From the NCBI GenBank assembly GCA_028868715.1, contig JAGWUB010000001.1, positions 119,206 through 183,205 on the forward strand: a DNA stretch of 64,000 nucleotides. The letters are read 5' to 3'. A program made the translations under genes and the position numbers. The stretch is from Patescibacteria group bacterium. Lineage in GTDB: Bacteria; Patescibacteriota; Minisyncoccia; Phycocordibacterales; UBA9973. Shown here piece by piece: positions 39,145-48,942 of this stretch. Positions within the stretch are counted from its first letter, which is position 1. Every line of letters begins with the position of its first letter. The notes beneath the pieces are model-generated. The model worked only from the letters and a program-made list of their open reading frames with translations, was not told the DNA's origin and searched no databases.

Positions 39145-40515
39145 ATGAAGAAAGGAATTCTGGAAAAATTTTTCAGCGCCCCAGCCGAGATATTGGAAAA
39201 AGGAGTTGAGATAGGGCATGATTTAAAAAAGGATATAGAACAAGAACGCCCTGTGAAGGCAGCTGCGAGCTATTGGAAGATTTTGGGCCCAGGATTAACT
39301 ACTGGAGCCGCTGATGATGATCCATCTGGAATCGCTACTTATTCACAGATGGGCGCTTTCCGAGGTTTTAATTTAATTTGGCTATCTTTGTTTTCCTTTC
39401 CTTTAATGGGAGTTATCCAAGAAATGTGTGCTCGCATTGGATTGACCACCGGCGTAGGGCTGGCCACTAATATCAAGAGACATTTCTCAAAGAGACTTTT
39501 GTATTTTTGTACAGTACTACTTCTTTTCGCAAACGTTTTCAACATCGGAGCAGACCTAGGAGCGATGGCTAAGGGCACTCAACTTATTTTCCCCAGAATA
39601 GATTTTACTTTTTTGGTTGTGTTTTTTGTGATAGCGAGCCTCGTCCTCCAGATTTTTATTTCTTACAAAAAATATTCAAAATATTTAAAGTATCTCGCTC
39701 TGGTTCTTTTCGCTTATGTCTTTTCCGCATTTTCCGTAGCCATAAATTGGGGAGATGTATTTAGACACTTAGTAATTCCAACAATTTCTGTTTCCAAAGA
39801 TGAAATTATTTTAATTTGTGCTGCTTTTGGTACCACTATTTCACCGTACTTGTTCTTTTGGCAGACTGCCCAAGAAGTAGAAGAACAAATATTGAAAGGT
39901 GAAAAAACAGAAGAACAAAGACGAGCCTTAAATACCAGTAAAGATATTTATGACATGAGGGTAGATGTCTGGTCAGGGATGCTTCTCTCTAATTTGATTA
40001 TGTTTTTTATAATTGCGACCTGTGCGGCAACACTATTTGCCAATGGCATTACAAACATAGGCACCGCTGCCGATGCGGCACTAGCCTTAAAGCCATTCGC
40101 TGGAGATTTTGCTTTTACATTATTTGCAATTGGGATTGTAGGAGTCGGGCTTCTGGCAATTCCAATTCTTGCAGGATCAGCGTCTTATGCATTGTCTGAG
40201 ACATTCAATTGGAAAACAGGCCTTTATCGAAAATTAAAGCAAGCTACTTCTTTTTATGGAGTGATAATCATAGCAATGCTCTTGGGGATGATTTTAAATT
40301 TCATTGGATTGGATCCCATTAAAACCCTTATTTATTCGGCTGTTTTCAACGGTATTATTTCTCCGGTTATTTTATTTTTTATAGTGAAGATAAGCGCCAG
40401 CGAAGAAATAATGGGAGAATACAAAAACAAAAGAACTGCCAACATCATCGGTTGGTTTTCAGTGGTACTATTATTTGTGGTAAGTCTTAGTACAATAATT
40501 TTTCTTTTCGTGTAA
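39145..40515 (+). CDS. NRAMP-family divalent metal transporter
   Basis: GPGLTTGAADDDPSGIATYSQMGA signature, about 11 TM. Confidence 0.75.
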   Translation: MKKGILEKFFSAPAEILEKGVEIGHDLKKDIEQERPVKAAASYWKILGPGLTTGAADDDPSGIATYSQMGAFRGFNLIWLSLFSFPLMGVIQEMCARIGLTTGVGLATNIKRHFSKRLLYFCTVLLLFANVFNIGADLGAMAKGTQLIFPRIDFTFLVVFFVIASLVLQIFISYKKYSKYLKYLALVLFAYVFSAFSVAINWGDVFRHLVIPTISVSKDEIILICAAFGTTISPYLFFWQTAQEVEEQILKGEKTEEQRRALNTSKDIYDMRVDVWSGMLLSNLIMFFIIATCAATLFANGITNIGTAADAALALKPFAGDFAFTLFAIGIVGVGLLAIPILAGSASYALSETFNWKTGLYRKLKQATSFYGVIIIAMLLGMILNFIGLDPIKTLIYSAVFNGIISPVILFFIVKISASEEIMGEYKNKRTANIIGWFSVVLLFVVSLSTIIFLFV

Positions 40516-40516
40516 G

Positions 40517-41530
40517 ATGGAAATTCAGCAAAACTATGATTTAACTAAATTAAATACCTTAGGAGTATCTGCTCACGCTAAATTTTTTACTGAGTTAAAT
40601 AATGAGCAGGAGCTGAAAGAACTTTTTGATTTAGCAGAGTTTAAACAGGAAAAAAAAATATTTCTAGGTGGTGGAAGCAATGTTTTATTTACACAGGACT
40701 TTGACGGTCTGGTTATTTTAAATAAACTCAAAGGAATTGAAATTCTAGAGGAAAATAATCAAGAGGTAAGCATAAGATCTATCAGCGGAGAAATATGGCA
40801 TGACCTTGTTTCTTTTTCGGTAGACAAAGAACTTTGGGGTATTGAAAATCTTTCGCTTATTCCTGGCACAGTCGGTGGTGCACCGGTGCAAAATATTGGA
40901 GCGTATGGAGCAGAGTTAAAAAATGTTCTGGAGAATGTTGAAGCATACAATATTGTTGATGGCTCAAAGCGGATTTTTGCAGTAGAGGAATGTGCACTTG
41001 GTTACAGAGATAGCGTTTTTAAAAATAAACTAAAAGGTCAATATTTTATTTCAGCGGTAACTTTAAAATTGAGCAAAATACCAAGACCAAATATTTCTTA
41101 CAAGTTATTGGCTGACTATTTGAAAGAAAATAATATTGAAGTGCATAACCCTAGGGACATAAGCGGTGCGGTGATAGCCATCAGAAGCAGTAAGTTGCCA
41201 GACCCAGCTGTTATAGGTAATGCCGGTAGTTTTTTTAAAAATGTTTTTGTTAACGATGAAAAATTAAAAGACTTGCAAAAATCTTTTCCAGAAATTAAAT
41301 ATTTTAAAGAACAGGAGCAAATAAAAATTCCCGCTGGTTGGCTGATAGAACAGTGTGGCTGGAAGGGGAGACGAATCGGGAACGTCGGTGTGCATGAACA
41401 ACATGCCTTGGTCTTGGTAAATTACGGTGGTGGGTCAGGGAAAGAGCTTGAAAATTTAGCGCAGAAAATAATTGACTCGGTTTACGCTAAATTTGGCTTG
41501 AAATTAGTTCCAGAAGTCAATTTTATTTAG
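40517..41530 (+). CDS. murB: UDP-N-acetylenolpyruvoylglucosamine reductase MurB
   Basis: FAD-binding domain (LGGGSN), MurB C-terminal domain. Confidence 0.85.
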   Translation: MEIQQNYDLTKLNTLGVSAHAKFFTELNNEQELKELFDLAEFKQEKKIFLGGGSNVLFTQDFDGLVILNKLKGIEILEENNQEVSIRSISGEIWHDLVSFSVDKELWGIENLSLIPGTVGGAPVQNIGAYGAELKNVLENVEAYNIVDGSKRIFAVEECALGYRDSVFKNKLKGQYFISAVTLKLSKIPRPNISYKLLADYLKENNIEVHNPRDISGAVIAIRSSKLPDPAVIGNAGSFFKNVFVNDEKLKDLQKSFPEIKYFKEQEQIKIPAGWLIEQCGWKGRRIGNVGVHEQHALVLVNYGGGSGKELENLAQKIIDSVYAKFGLKLVPEVNFI

Positions 41531-41548
41531 GTATGTTATAATACATAC

Positions 41549-42382
41549 ATGGAAACTTTAGAAGAAAACAAAAAAAAGCTATATAAAGTAGCATTTATAT
41601 TATTAATTATATTATCAGCTTATTTTGCAGTTAGAATATTTTCTGAGCTAAAGAAAACTAGTATGCTCGGTGAAAGTGCGACTCCAACCACAATTTCATT
41701 CTCAGGGCACGGAGAAGTCACGGCGGTGCCGGATATTGCCACTATTGATTTTACAATTAGCAAAGATGACGCAACAGTTAAAAATGCACAGGCGGGAGTG
41801 GCAACCATTGAAAAGAAGGCCCTAGATTTTTTAAAGACAAAAGGGGTAGCTGATAAAGATATTCAGACTGCCAATGCATCTTTTTATCCTAAATATGAAT
41901 ATAGGCAAGCTGCCTGTCCACCAATACCAATGGGGACTGGCACAGCCGGAGGCACTGTTAACACAATATCTCCTTACTACTGTCCCCCTAGCAGGCAAGT
42001 GATCACAGGCTATACAGCTAGTGAAAGTATCACGGTAAAAGTTCGTAATACTGATGATGCTGGGGCCATAATGCAAGGCTTGGGTGCTACTGGAGTTTCA
42101 AACCTAAATGGTCCAAATTTTGAGATAGATAATCCAGAGGTTCTAAAGGGGGAAGCTAGAAAAAAAGCGATAGATGAAGCAAAAGCAAAAGCAGTTGCCT
42201 TGGCAAAAGATTTAGGTGTGAGCCTAGGTAAAATCGCGAGCTTCAATGAGTCCGGCAATAGTCCGATCATGTATGCCAAGGATTCACTAATGGCTAGTGG
42301 CGTAGCTCCAGCTCCAGCAGAAATTCCAAAAGGACAAAATACTATAACTTCAGATGTAACCATAACTTACGAAATAAGATAA
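41549..42382 (+). CDS. SIMPL-domain (DUF541) secreted protein
   Basis: N-terminal TM/signal anchor; SIMPL-family architecture. Confidence 0.65.
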   Translation: METLEENKKKLYKVAFILLIILSAYFAVRIFSELKKTSMLGESATPTTISFSGHGEVTAVPDIATIDFTISKDDATVKNAQAGVATIEKKALDFLKTKGVADKDIQTANASFYPKYEYRQAACPPIPMGTGTAGGTVNTISPYYCPPSRQVITGYTASESITVKVRNTDDAGAIMQGLGATGVSNLNGPNFEIDNPEVLKGEARKKAIDEAKAKAVALAKDLGVSLGKIASFNESGNSPIMYAKDSLMASGVAPAPAEIPKGQNTITSDVTITYEIR

Positions 42383-42436
42383 TAGCTATAAGCCGAGAGA
42401 GCCAGTTTGACTATTTGAGGTAAAAAGAGTACTATT

Positions 42437-42463
42437 AAAAGAGCCCTTTCGGGGGCTTTTTTA
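42437..42463 (+). terminator. Intrinsic terminator (AGCCC-TTTC-GGGGGCT plus T6)
   Basis: GC hairpin plus T-run. Confidence 0.7.
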
Positions 42464-42487
42464 AGAGAAGTAGTATAATAAAATTAC

Positions 42488-42673
42488 ATGTCAAAAATCA
42501 CTGAATATTTTAAAGAGACAAAGATAGAGTTAAAGCACGTAATTTGGCCTTCCAGAAGCCAGACCATTTACTACACTTTGATCGTCATCATTCTGTCTGT
42601 TTTGATAGGATATTATTTAGGTATCTTTGACTTTATTTTCTCAAAGGGATTGGAAAAACTAATCACACGTTAA
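42488..42673 (+). CDS. secE: Preprotein translocase subunit SecE
   Basis: 61 aa, single TM, position upstream of nusG. Confidence 0.85.
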   Translation: MSKITEYFKETKIELKHVIWPSRSQTIYYTLIVIILSVLIGYYLGIFDFIFSKGLEKLITR

Positions 42674-42681
42674 GTTATATT

Positions 42682-43224
42682 ATGAAACAAGAAGTACAAG
42701 GAGCCCGAAATTGGTACGCTATCCATACTTATGCAGGGTATGAGAATGTTGTTTTGCGTAATTTACGTCAACGTATTGATTCTCTGGGAATGAACGACAA
42801 AATTTTTAATGTGATTGTTCCAATTGAAAAGAAAATAAAAATAAAAGGTGGCAAGCGAGTAGAAGTGGAAGAAAAAATTTACCCTGGTTACTTGTTGGTA
42901 GATATGATTGTAACGGATGATTCATGGTATGTAGTCAGGAATACTCCTAGAGTTACTGGATTCGTAGGCGCTGGAGTTAATCCGGTTCCTTTGAAAAAAG
43001 AAGAAGTGGACTATCTATTTAAGAAAATGGATGCAGGCACAGCCAAGCATAACATTGATATGACTGTCGGAGAGAGTATTTTGATTACTGACGGACCATT
43101 TAAAGACCTAGAGGGCAAGATAAACTCCATTGATCAAGATCGTGGCAAGATCAAAGTGCTTGTTTCTATGTTCGGCCGAGAAACCCCAATAGAATTAGAC
43201 TTCTTGCAAGTTAAGAAAATTTAA
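42682..43224 (+). CDS. nusG: Transcription termination/antitermination factor NusG
   Basis: NGN domain plus C-terminal KOW. Confidence 0.9.
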   Translation: MKQEVQGARNWYAIHTYAGYENVVLRNLRQRIDSLGMNDKIFNVIVPIEKKIKIKGGKRVEVEEKIYPGYLLVDMIVTDDSWYVVRNTPRVTGFVGAGVNPVPLKKEEVDYLFKKMDAGTAKHNIDMTVGESILITDGPFKDLEGKINSIDQDRGKIKVLVSMFGRETPIELDFLQVKKI

Positions 43225-43241
43225 GTTAATCTAAGAATCAC

Positions 43242-43664
43242 ATGGCAAAAAAAATAACCAAAAAAATAAAACTTCAAATACAAGCTGCGAAAGCTACTCC
43301 AGCTCCACCACTAGGTCCAGCGCTTGGACAGGCTGGTATTAATATCGGTGACTTTGTCACTAAGTTTAATGCGGCCACAAGTAAAATGGCAGGGGATAAA
43401 GTCGGTGTGGTGATCACTGTCTATGAAGATCGAAGCTATGATTTCGCTATCAAAACTCCACCAGTTACTGGTCTTATCTTAAAGGCAGCTGGTGTAGAGA
43501 AAGGATCTGGTAAAAATACTTCTACCAAAGTAGGCAAGATAACTAGAGCTCAAGCACTTGAAATCGCAAACAAGAAAATGGCAGACTTGAATGCCAAGGA
43601 CGACGAAGGAGCTATAAACATTGTCGCTGGCTCCGCTCGAAGTATGGGCATTGAAGTGAAATAA
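43242..43664 (+). CDS. rplK: 50S ribosomal protein L11
   Basis: L11 motifs ([12 protein letters not shown]). Confidence 0.95.
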   Translation: MAKKITKKIKLQIQAAKATPAPPLGPALGQAGINIGDFVTKFNAATSKMAGDKVGVVITVYEDRSYDFAIKTPPVTGLILKAAGVEKGSGKNTSTKVGKITRAQALEIANKKMADLNAKDDEGAINIVAGSARSMGIEVK

Positions 43665-43765
43665 TTCACTTCAATGAACCGGAGCCCGACGGGGTGAGGT
43701 GTGCCCAGGCAATTTTTCAGCAGAAAAATATGCGTGGGTTGAAGTGAAATAAATTTTAACACTAG

Positions 43766-43800
43766 AAAAAAAGCCAACGGTCACCCGTTGGCTTTTTTAG
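43766..43800 (+). terminator. Intrinsic terminator (AGCCAACGG-TCAC-CCGTTGGCT plus T6)
   Basis: 9-bp GC hairpin plus T-run 100 nt after the rplK stop; rplA does not follow. Confidence 0.75.
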
Positions 43801-43853
43801 TTGCATTGTGGTTATATTGAATTTAGCAGAGTTCATTCTAAGGAGAAACAAAT

Positions 43854-44279
43854 ATGTTAAAGCTTTACGTTGGATGTGGGCTGACCCACGCTTCCGAAGA
43901 ATTTAAGGCGAATGTTGAAGAGCTCAAGGAAAAGTTTGCCAACATTCCTGGTATTCAACTGCTTAAATTCTTGGGGCTGGCAGACGGAACAGCACACGAT
44001 GTTTATGTTCACGACATCATAAACTGCGTTCACAAGTGCAACATAATGGTCGCCATTTGTGATGAGCCGTCGATCGGTCTCGGATGGGAAATGGCTGTTC
44101 AATCTAGCAGAGGAAAACCACTATTGGCTTTTGGGCACGACAAATCAAAGATCACGAGATTAATTCTCGATCCGAGGTTGCCAAACTATCAATTTTTTAG
44201 ATATCAAACCTTTGAAGAAATATATGAAATTGTGTTTACTGAGATAAGGACACATTTTCATATACAAGGTTCTTTCTAA
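43854..44279 (+). CDS. Nucleoside 2-deoxyribosyltransferase-like (Rossmann) protein
   Basis: Pattern DEPSIGLGWEMAVQSSRGKP resembles the NDT/DNPH1 catalytic-Glu motif; strong RBS AAGGAG. Confidence 0.45.
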   Translation: MLKLYVGCGLTHASEEFKANVEELKEKFANIPGIQLLKFLGLADGTAHDVYVHDIINCVHKCNIMVAICDEPSIGLGWEMAVQSSRGKPLLAFGHDKSKITRLILDPRLPNYQFFRYQTFEEIYEIVFTEIRTHFHIQGSF

Positions 44280-44327
44280 AATCAAGAACAATTTTATTTG
44301 ATGCCAGCGAGCGATCGCTGGCTTTTT

Positions 44328-44864
44328 CTATTTAAAATTTTTCCACATCATTGACTCCTTTGGGAGTTTTTCTTTATTGCCGTATTTGGCACTAACCTTT
44401 TTATTGTAAAGTCTTTCTACTTTTCCTTCTACTACATAATAGATAAGTTGGGCAATAGGCATTCCTGGATAAATTCGTACTGGCTTTGATGTTGATACTT
44501 CCATTGTCCAATATCCACAAAAACCTACGTCACCCTTGCCAGCCGTAGCATGTATATCTATACCAAGTCTACCAGTTGAAGATTTACCCTCTAAAAATGG
44601 CACATGTTTATGGGTTTCTGTGTATTCAGTTGTGGTACACAGATATAATTCTCCAGGCTTTAGGACAAAACCACTTTCTGGAATTTCAAAGTGCTTAACT
44701 TTATTATGTTTTTTTGCATCTAATGTTTTATCTATGTATGTCGCAAAATATTTACTCAAGTGTACATCATAAGAGTTGCCACCCATATTCTTTGCATCAA
44801 ACGGTTTTATTACTATACTTCCTTTTTTTATTTCTCCAAGAATTTTTTTATCAGATAATATCAT
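44328..44864 (-). CDS. dcd: dCTP deaminase
   Basis: dUTPase-like fold; typical Dcd N-terminus MILSDKKI. Confidence 0.8.
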   Translation of the reverse strand: MILSDKKILGEIKKGSIVIKPFDAKNMGGNSYDVHLSKYFATYIDKTLDAKKHNKVKHFEIPESGFVLKPGELYLCTTTEYTETHKHVPFLEGKSSTGRLGIDIHATAGKGDVGFCGYWTMEVSTSKPVRIYPGMPIAQLIYYVVEGKVERLYNKKVSAKYGNKEKLPKESMMWKNFK

Positions 44865-44898
44865 ACTGCAAGTTTCGCATAATTAGATTTTTTGTCAA

Positions 44899-45387
44899 TT
44901 AAAAGAATTTTTCGTAAATAGAAAAAGTGTAATCAAAAGGATTCTCAGAATCCTTTTTGTGTTCTTCATGAGTAGTTTCATTCCAAACTATCGGAATAAT
45001 TTCTGGGAAAAATGTATCGGCGTCTTTATTTTCGGCATCTACGTGGGTGATGTAAAGTTTATCCGCAAAGTCCATAGCCAGTTTGTAAATTTCTGCCCCG
45101 CCGATTATAAAAACTTCACTATCGTTTCCAGCTAGTTTTATCGCCTCTTCAAGTGAATTAACTATATCTACACCATGGCGTAGATAAGTTTTGTCTCGAG
45201 TAACTACAATGTTCTTTCGGTTGGGCAGGGGGTTGCCGATACTTTCAAAAGTTTTACGTCCCATTATTACTGCATGTCCTTTAGTAGTCTCGCGGAAATA
45301 TTTCATATCCGCCGGCATATGCCAAAGCAAAGTATTGCCTTTTCCCAATTCATTATTTTTACCGATTGCTGCAATTAATGAAATCAT
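44899..45387 (-). CDS. folA: Dihydrofolate reductase
   Basis: MISLIAAIGKNNELG start, GRKT motif, GG..IY. Confidence 0.9.
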   Translation of the reverse strand: MISLIAAIGKNNELGKGNTLLWHMPADMKYFRETTKGHAVIMGRKTFESIGNPLPNRKNIVVTRDKTYLRHGVDIVNSLEEAIKLAGNDSEVFIIGGAEIYKLAMDFADKLYITHVDAENKDADTFFPEIIPIVWNETTHEEHKKDSENPFDYTFSIYEKFF

Positions 45388-45393
45388 ATTATT

Positions 45394-46335
45394 TTATACA
45401 GCAATAGGGGCCTTAATACTTTCATGTGGATTATAATCAACCAATTCAAAATCTTCTATGGTGAAATCTTCTATATTTTTTTTAGCAGGATTTATCTTCA
45501 TTTTTGGCATAGGTCGGATATCTAGCTTTCTGGAAATTTGTAAATTTGCTTGCTCTAAATGATTTAAATACAAATGAACGTCACCACCAGTCCAAACAAA
45601 TTCTCCAGGCCGTAGTCCACATATTTGAGCTATGATCATTGTGAATAATGCATAGGAAGCAATATTAAATGGCACACCCAGAAAGGTGTCACAGCTTCGC
45701 TGATATAGTTGGCAGGAAAGTTTTCCATCAACTACATAAAACTGAAAGAAACAATGGCAAGGAGGAAGTCCGGCTTTAGCCATTTCATCTATGTCGGCAA
45801 CATTCCAAGCAGATACTATTAGTCGGCGTGAGTCTGGAGTTTTTTTAATATCTTCAATTACATTTTTTAATTGATCTATATGTTTTCCGTTTGGTGTGGG
45901 CCAGCTTCGCCATTGATAGCCATAAATAGGACCGAGATTGCCATAATCCTTGGCAAAATTTTCATCATTTTTTATTTTTTCAATAAATTCTTTTATTCCT
46001 GCATTCCACTCGTCAGATCCAGTTTTCGGCACATTAATTTTATTTCTAATCAAATATGCTTTATATGGCCACTCGTCCCAAATATGTACATTGTTATCAG
46101 CTAAATATTTTAGATTTGTGTCTCCGCGCATAAACCAAAGCAACTCATGAATGATTGATTTTATTGGAACTTTCTTGGTGGTGAGGAGAGGGAAGCCATC
46201 GGCAAGATTGAAGCGCATTTGATAGCCAAACACACTTTTGGTGCCAGTGTCAGTACGATCAGTTTTAGTCGCACCATTTTTTATTATGTGTTCCAGTAAA
46301 TCTATATAGGATTCATCTACATGTTTGCCCTGCAT
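45394..46335 (-). CDS. thyA: Thymidylate synthase (ThyA type)
   Basis: Catalytic-Cys region [12 protein letters not shown], 313 aa. Confidence 0.9.
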   Translation of the reverse strand: MQGKHVDESYIDLLEHIIKNGATKTDRTDTGTKSVFGYQMRFNLADGFPLLTTKKVPIKSIIHELLWFMRGDTNLKYLADNNVHIWDEWPYKAYLIRNKINVPKTGSDEWNAGIKEFIEKIKNDENFAKDYGNLGPIYGYQWRSWPTPNGKHIDQLKNVIEDIKKTPDSRRLIVSAWNVADIDEMAKAGLPPCHCFFQFYVVDGKLSCQLYQRSCDTFLGVPFNIASYALFTMIIAQICGLRPGEFVWTGGDVHLYLNHLEQANLQISRKLDIRPMPKMKINPAKKNIEDFTIEDFELVDYNPHESIKAPIAV

Positions 46336-46458
46336 GTCACTAGTATAACTTTTCTAAATAATTAACGAAACTATTGACAAATAGTCATATAAAATATATA
46401 AACAAACACGGATAGTATTATGAGGATTTTCTCACATTTTAGGAAAAGGTAAAAAATA

Positions 46459-46683
46459 ATGAGAAATGATATAGGCGAACAAGAGCTGAATGAATTAATT
46501 CGGCTTCAAGCAGAGCAAAGAAAAAAATTCCTTGCTGGAGAAATTACCATTGAACATATTAAATGGTTCAATGGTCTTAACTTTTGGCAACGACGATGGC
46601 TACTAATTGGTAAATGGGAAGGGTTGATGGCGAAAATGGTAAAGTCAGGTCTTCAAAGCCTTAGTCGAGCAAAAAACGAATAA
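46459..46683 (+). CDS. Small hypothetical protein (74 aa)
   Basis: ORF followed by a hairpin plus T-run. Confidence 0.35.
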   Translation: MRNDIGEQELNELIRLQAEQRKKFLAGEITIEHIKWFNGLNFWQRRWLLIGKWEGLMAKMVKSGLQSLSRAKNE

Positions 46684-46820
46684 CTTATCATCAACCGCCC
46701 CCAACAGGAAGAGAACCTCGGAGGCGGTTTCTCTTTTTTATTTGACAAAATAACGATAAAATGCTATTCTTAAAACATCATTCTCATCTAACCTAATACA
46801 TTTTTGGGAGTGACCCAATT

Positions 46821-48083
46821 ATGTACACACGCAACTCGGCCTCTCCGAAAAAATTCGGACGCCCTACTTCTGCGTTTAGAGCGAAACCTCGCTTTAGCGG
46901 AGCAAGAAAATTTAATAACTCTAGACCTGCTTTTAAAAGAAGTGGAGGAGGTAAGCGAAGTCGCGGAGAGCGAATTGATTTTTCACGTTTTATTAAAAAA
47001 GGAGTGCTTGTAGAGGAAAAGCCATATGTTTCTAAGCATACTTTTTCTGATTTTCCTTTTCATGCCCAACTTCATAAAAACATTGCTCGTGCTGGGTATA
47101 TTCATCCGCGCCCAATTCAAGATCAAACTATTCCTACAATCTTAAAAGGCAAGGATGTATTTGGCATGGCCAACACTGGCACTGGCAAGACCGCAGCCTT
47201 TCTGCTTCCACTGATTGAAAAGGTTGTAAAAACCAAAGGACAGAATATGCGCGAAAAAGTTTTAATTATGGCACCGACTCGTGAATTGGCTCTGCAGATA
47301 GAAAGTGATTTTAAAAATTTGGCTTTTGGATTCGGAATGTTTTCAGTCGCTTGTGTTGGTGGTTTGCCAATCAGTAAGCAAATCCGAGAAATACAGATGG
47401 GAGTTTCTTTTATCATTGGTACCCCAGGGCGACTACGAGATCTTCTAGATCGAAAAGTTTTAGATTTATCTACCTGCCATAGTGTGGTCTTAGACGAAGC
47501 AGATAGAATGCTAGACATGGGTTTTCGTGATGAAATGGTTTATATCATCGGCAAGACAGCCACCGAAAGACAAACTCTTTTCTTTTCAGCAACACTTTCG
47601 CCTGAAATTAAAAAATTAACAGAGAAATATTTAAAAGACCCAGTTTTTATCTCGGTGATTTCTGGCGAGACTGCAAAGAATATTGATCAAGATGTGATTC
47701 GTGTCCGAGGTAAAGAAGAAAAGTTAGAAAAATTGCATGAAGTTTTAAATAAAGATGGTTCTGATAAAGTACTTATTTTCCGAGAGATGAAACACAGCGT
47801 GGATGAACTTGCCAAAGAATTAGCCAAACGCGGATTTAAAGTCGGAGGCATTCATGGCGACAAGCGAAGTCGCGAACGCATTCGCATTTTGGATTCATTT
47901 AAGAAAAATCAGATAAATATATTGATTGCCACTGATGTAGCGGCAAGAGGGCTGGATATTCCAGATGTGACTCACGTCATCAACTACGATGTGCCTCAAA
48001 CTTACGATACCTACATTCACCGCATCGGCCGTACTGGTCGCAGTGGTAAAAAAGGAACTGCTCTTACTTTTGTTCCTGCCTAA
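46821..48083 (+). CDS. DEAD-box ATP-dependent RNA helicase with a roughly 60-aa Arg/Lys-rich N-terminal extension
   Basis: Q-motif, Walker A ANTGTGKT, DEAD, SAT, HRIGRTGR. Confidence 0.9.
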   Translation: MYTRNSASPKKFGRPTSAFRAKPRFSGARKFNNSRPAFKRSGGGKRSRGERIDFSRFIKKGVLVEEKPYVSKHTFSDFPFHAQLHKNIARAGYIHPRPIQDQTIPTILKGKDVFGMANTGTGKTAAFLLPLIEKVVKTKGQNMREKVLIMAPTRELALQIESDFKNLAFGFGMFSVACVGGLPISKQIREIQMGVSFIIGTPGRLRDLLDRKVLDLSTCHSVVLDEADRMLDMGFRDEMVYIIGKTATERQTLFFSATLSPEIKKLTEKYLKDPVFISVISGETAKNIDQDVIRVRGKEEKLEKLHEVLNKDGSDKVLIFREMKHSVDELAKELAKRGFKVGGIHGDKRSRERIRILDSFKKNQINILIATDVAARGLDIPDVTHVINYDVPQTYDTYIHRIGRTGRSGKKGTALTFVPA

Positions 48084-48092
48084 AAACTAAAG

Positions 48093-48130
48093 AAGCCCGA
48101 AGACCTCTTTGGTTGGTCTTCGGGCTTATG
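48093..48130. terminator. Bidirectional hairpin (AAGCCCGAAGACC...GGTCTTCGGGCTT)
   Basis: 13-bp stem between convergent genes with A/T runs on both sides. Confidence 0.65.
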
Positions 48131-48137
48131 CGACTAT

Positions 48138-48344
48138 TTAAATTACTATGCCGAAGCTCTCTGGTTCCGTTCTGCCTCGATAGATCCTAAGGCACTCAAA
48201 TGAGTGGTAAGATCCTCTACCAGGTAGGTAAATATATATATTTCCTTTCTGGATTTGGTGACCACATTCTAAGCATTTGTGATCCTTTTGCGCCTTTCGT
48301 TCCGAGAAGCCATTACGGACTTCTCTTTCCGTGTCTTTTTTCAT
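48138..48344 (-). CDS. Small Cys-containing hypothetical protein (68 aa), GC-rich
   Basis: GGAGT SD-like sequence upstream; CLECGH motif; elevated GC. Confidence 0.35.
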   Translation of the reverse strand: MKKDTEREVRNGFSERKAQKDHKCLECGHQIQKGNIYIYLPGRGSYHSFECLRIYRGRTEPESFGIVI

Positions 48345-48400
48345 AGTTTTTGTACACTCCTACGAAAGACATTACTTTATTTTTATTATATAATCAAGAC

Positions 48401-48622
48401 ATGTCACCCATGGAAGATATATCTAAAAAAACTGGAATTTACAATAAAACAAAGATTGATTCATCTCCAAATCTATATATACTTGTTATCAAAGGTTTAG
48501 CAAAAGATAAGGGAATAGAATTTGGAAAAGCTGAAGAAATATTCAGAAAACAACTAGAAGAAGGTGCAGACAGTACGACAAATTTAAAAGCGCTAAACGA
48601 AGCACTCGAATCAATAAAATAA
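48401..48622 (+). CDS. Small hypothetical protein (73 aa)
   Basis: ORF ending at a strong terminator; start uncertain (TTG at 48350 is also possible). Confidence 0.3.
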   Translation: MSPMEDISKKTGIYNKTKIDSSPNLYILVIKGLAKDKGIEFGKAEEIFRKQLEEGADSTTNLKALNEALESIK

Positions 48623-48653
48623 AAAACCCTCACGATCGTGAGGGTTTTTTTTA
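48621..48653. terminator. Bidirectional intrinsic terminator (CCCTCACGATCGTGAGGG)
   Basis: A6, perfect 8-bp hairpin, T8. Confidence 0.8.
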
Positions 48654-48662
48654 AAAGTTGTT

Positions 48663-48914
48663 TTATTTGGCTTGGATTAGTCCAGCTTTGAGGAGGGTAG
48701 CGTAAGCGCCATTTTTAGTTATCGTTCGCATCCCGCGAGCAGATATTTCTATGCTAACTGTTTTGTTTAATTCAGGAACAAAAAGCCTCTTCTTTTGAAG
48801 ATTTGGGTATTTTCTCTTTTTTCCAGTTGGGTTAAATTTGGTGGCACGAGTTCTATTTGAATACCCGCCCCCGACGATTGAACCTTTCTTTGTTATTGCG
48901 CATATTTTCGGCAT
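48663..48914 (-). CDS. rpmB: 50S ribosomal protein L28
   Basis: MPKICAITKK...NRTR pattern typical of L28. Confidence 0.8.
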   Translation of the reverse strand: MPKICAITKKGSIVGGGYSNRTRATKFNPTGKKRKYPNLQKKRLFVPELNKTVSIEISARGMRTITKNGAYATLLKAGLIQAK

Positions 48915-48942
48915 AGTTTTTTTATGTTATCATTAAAGCTGT

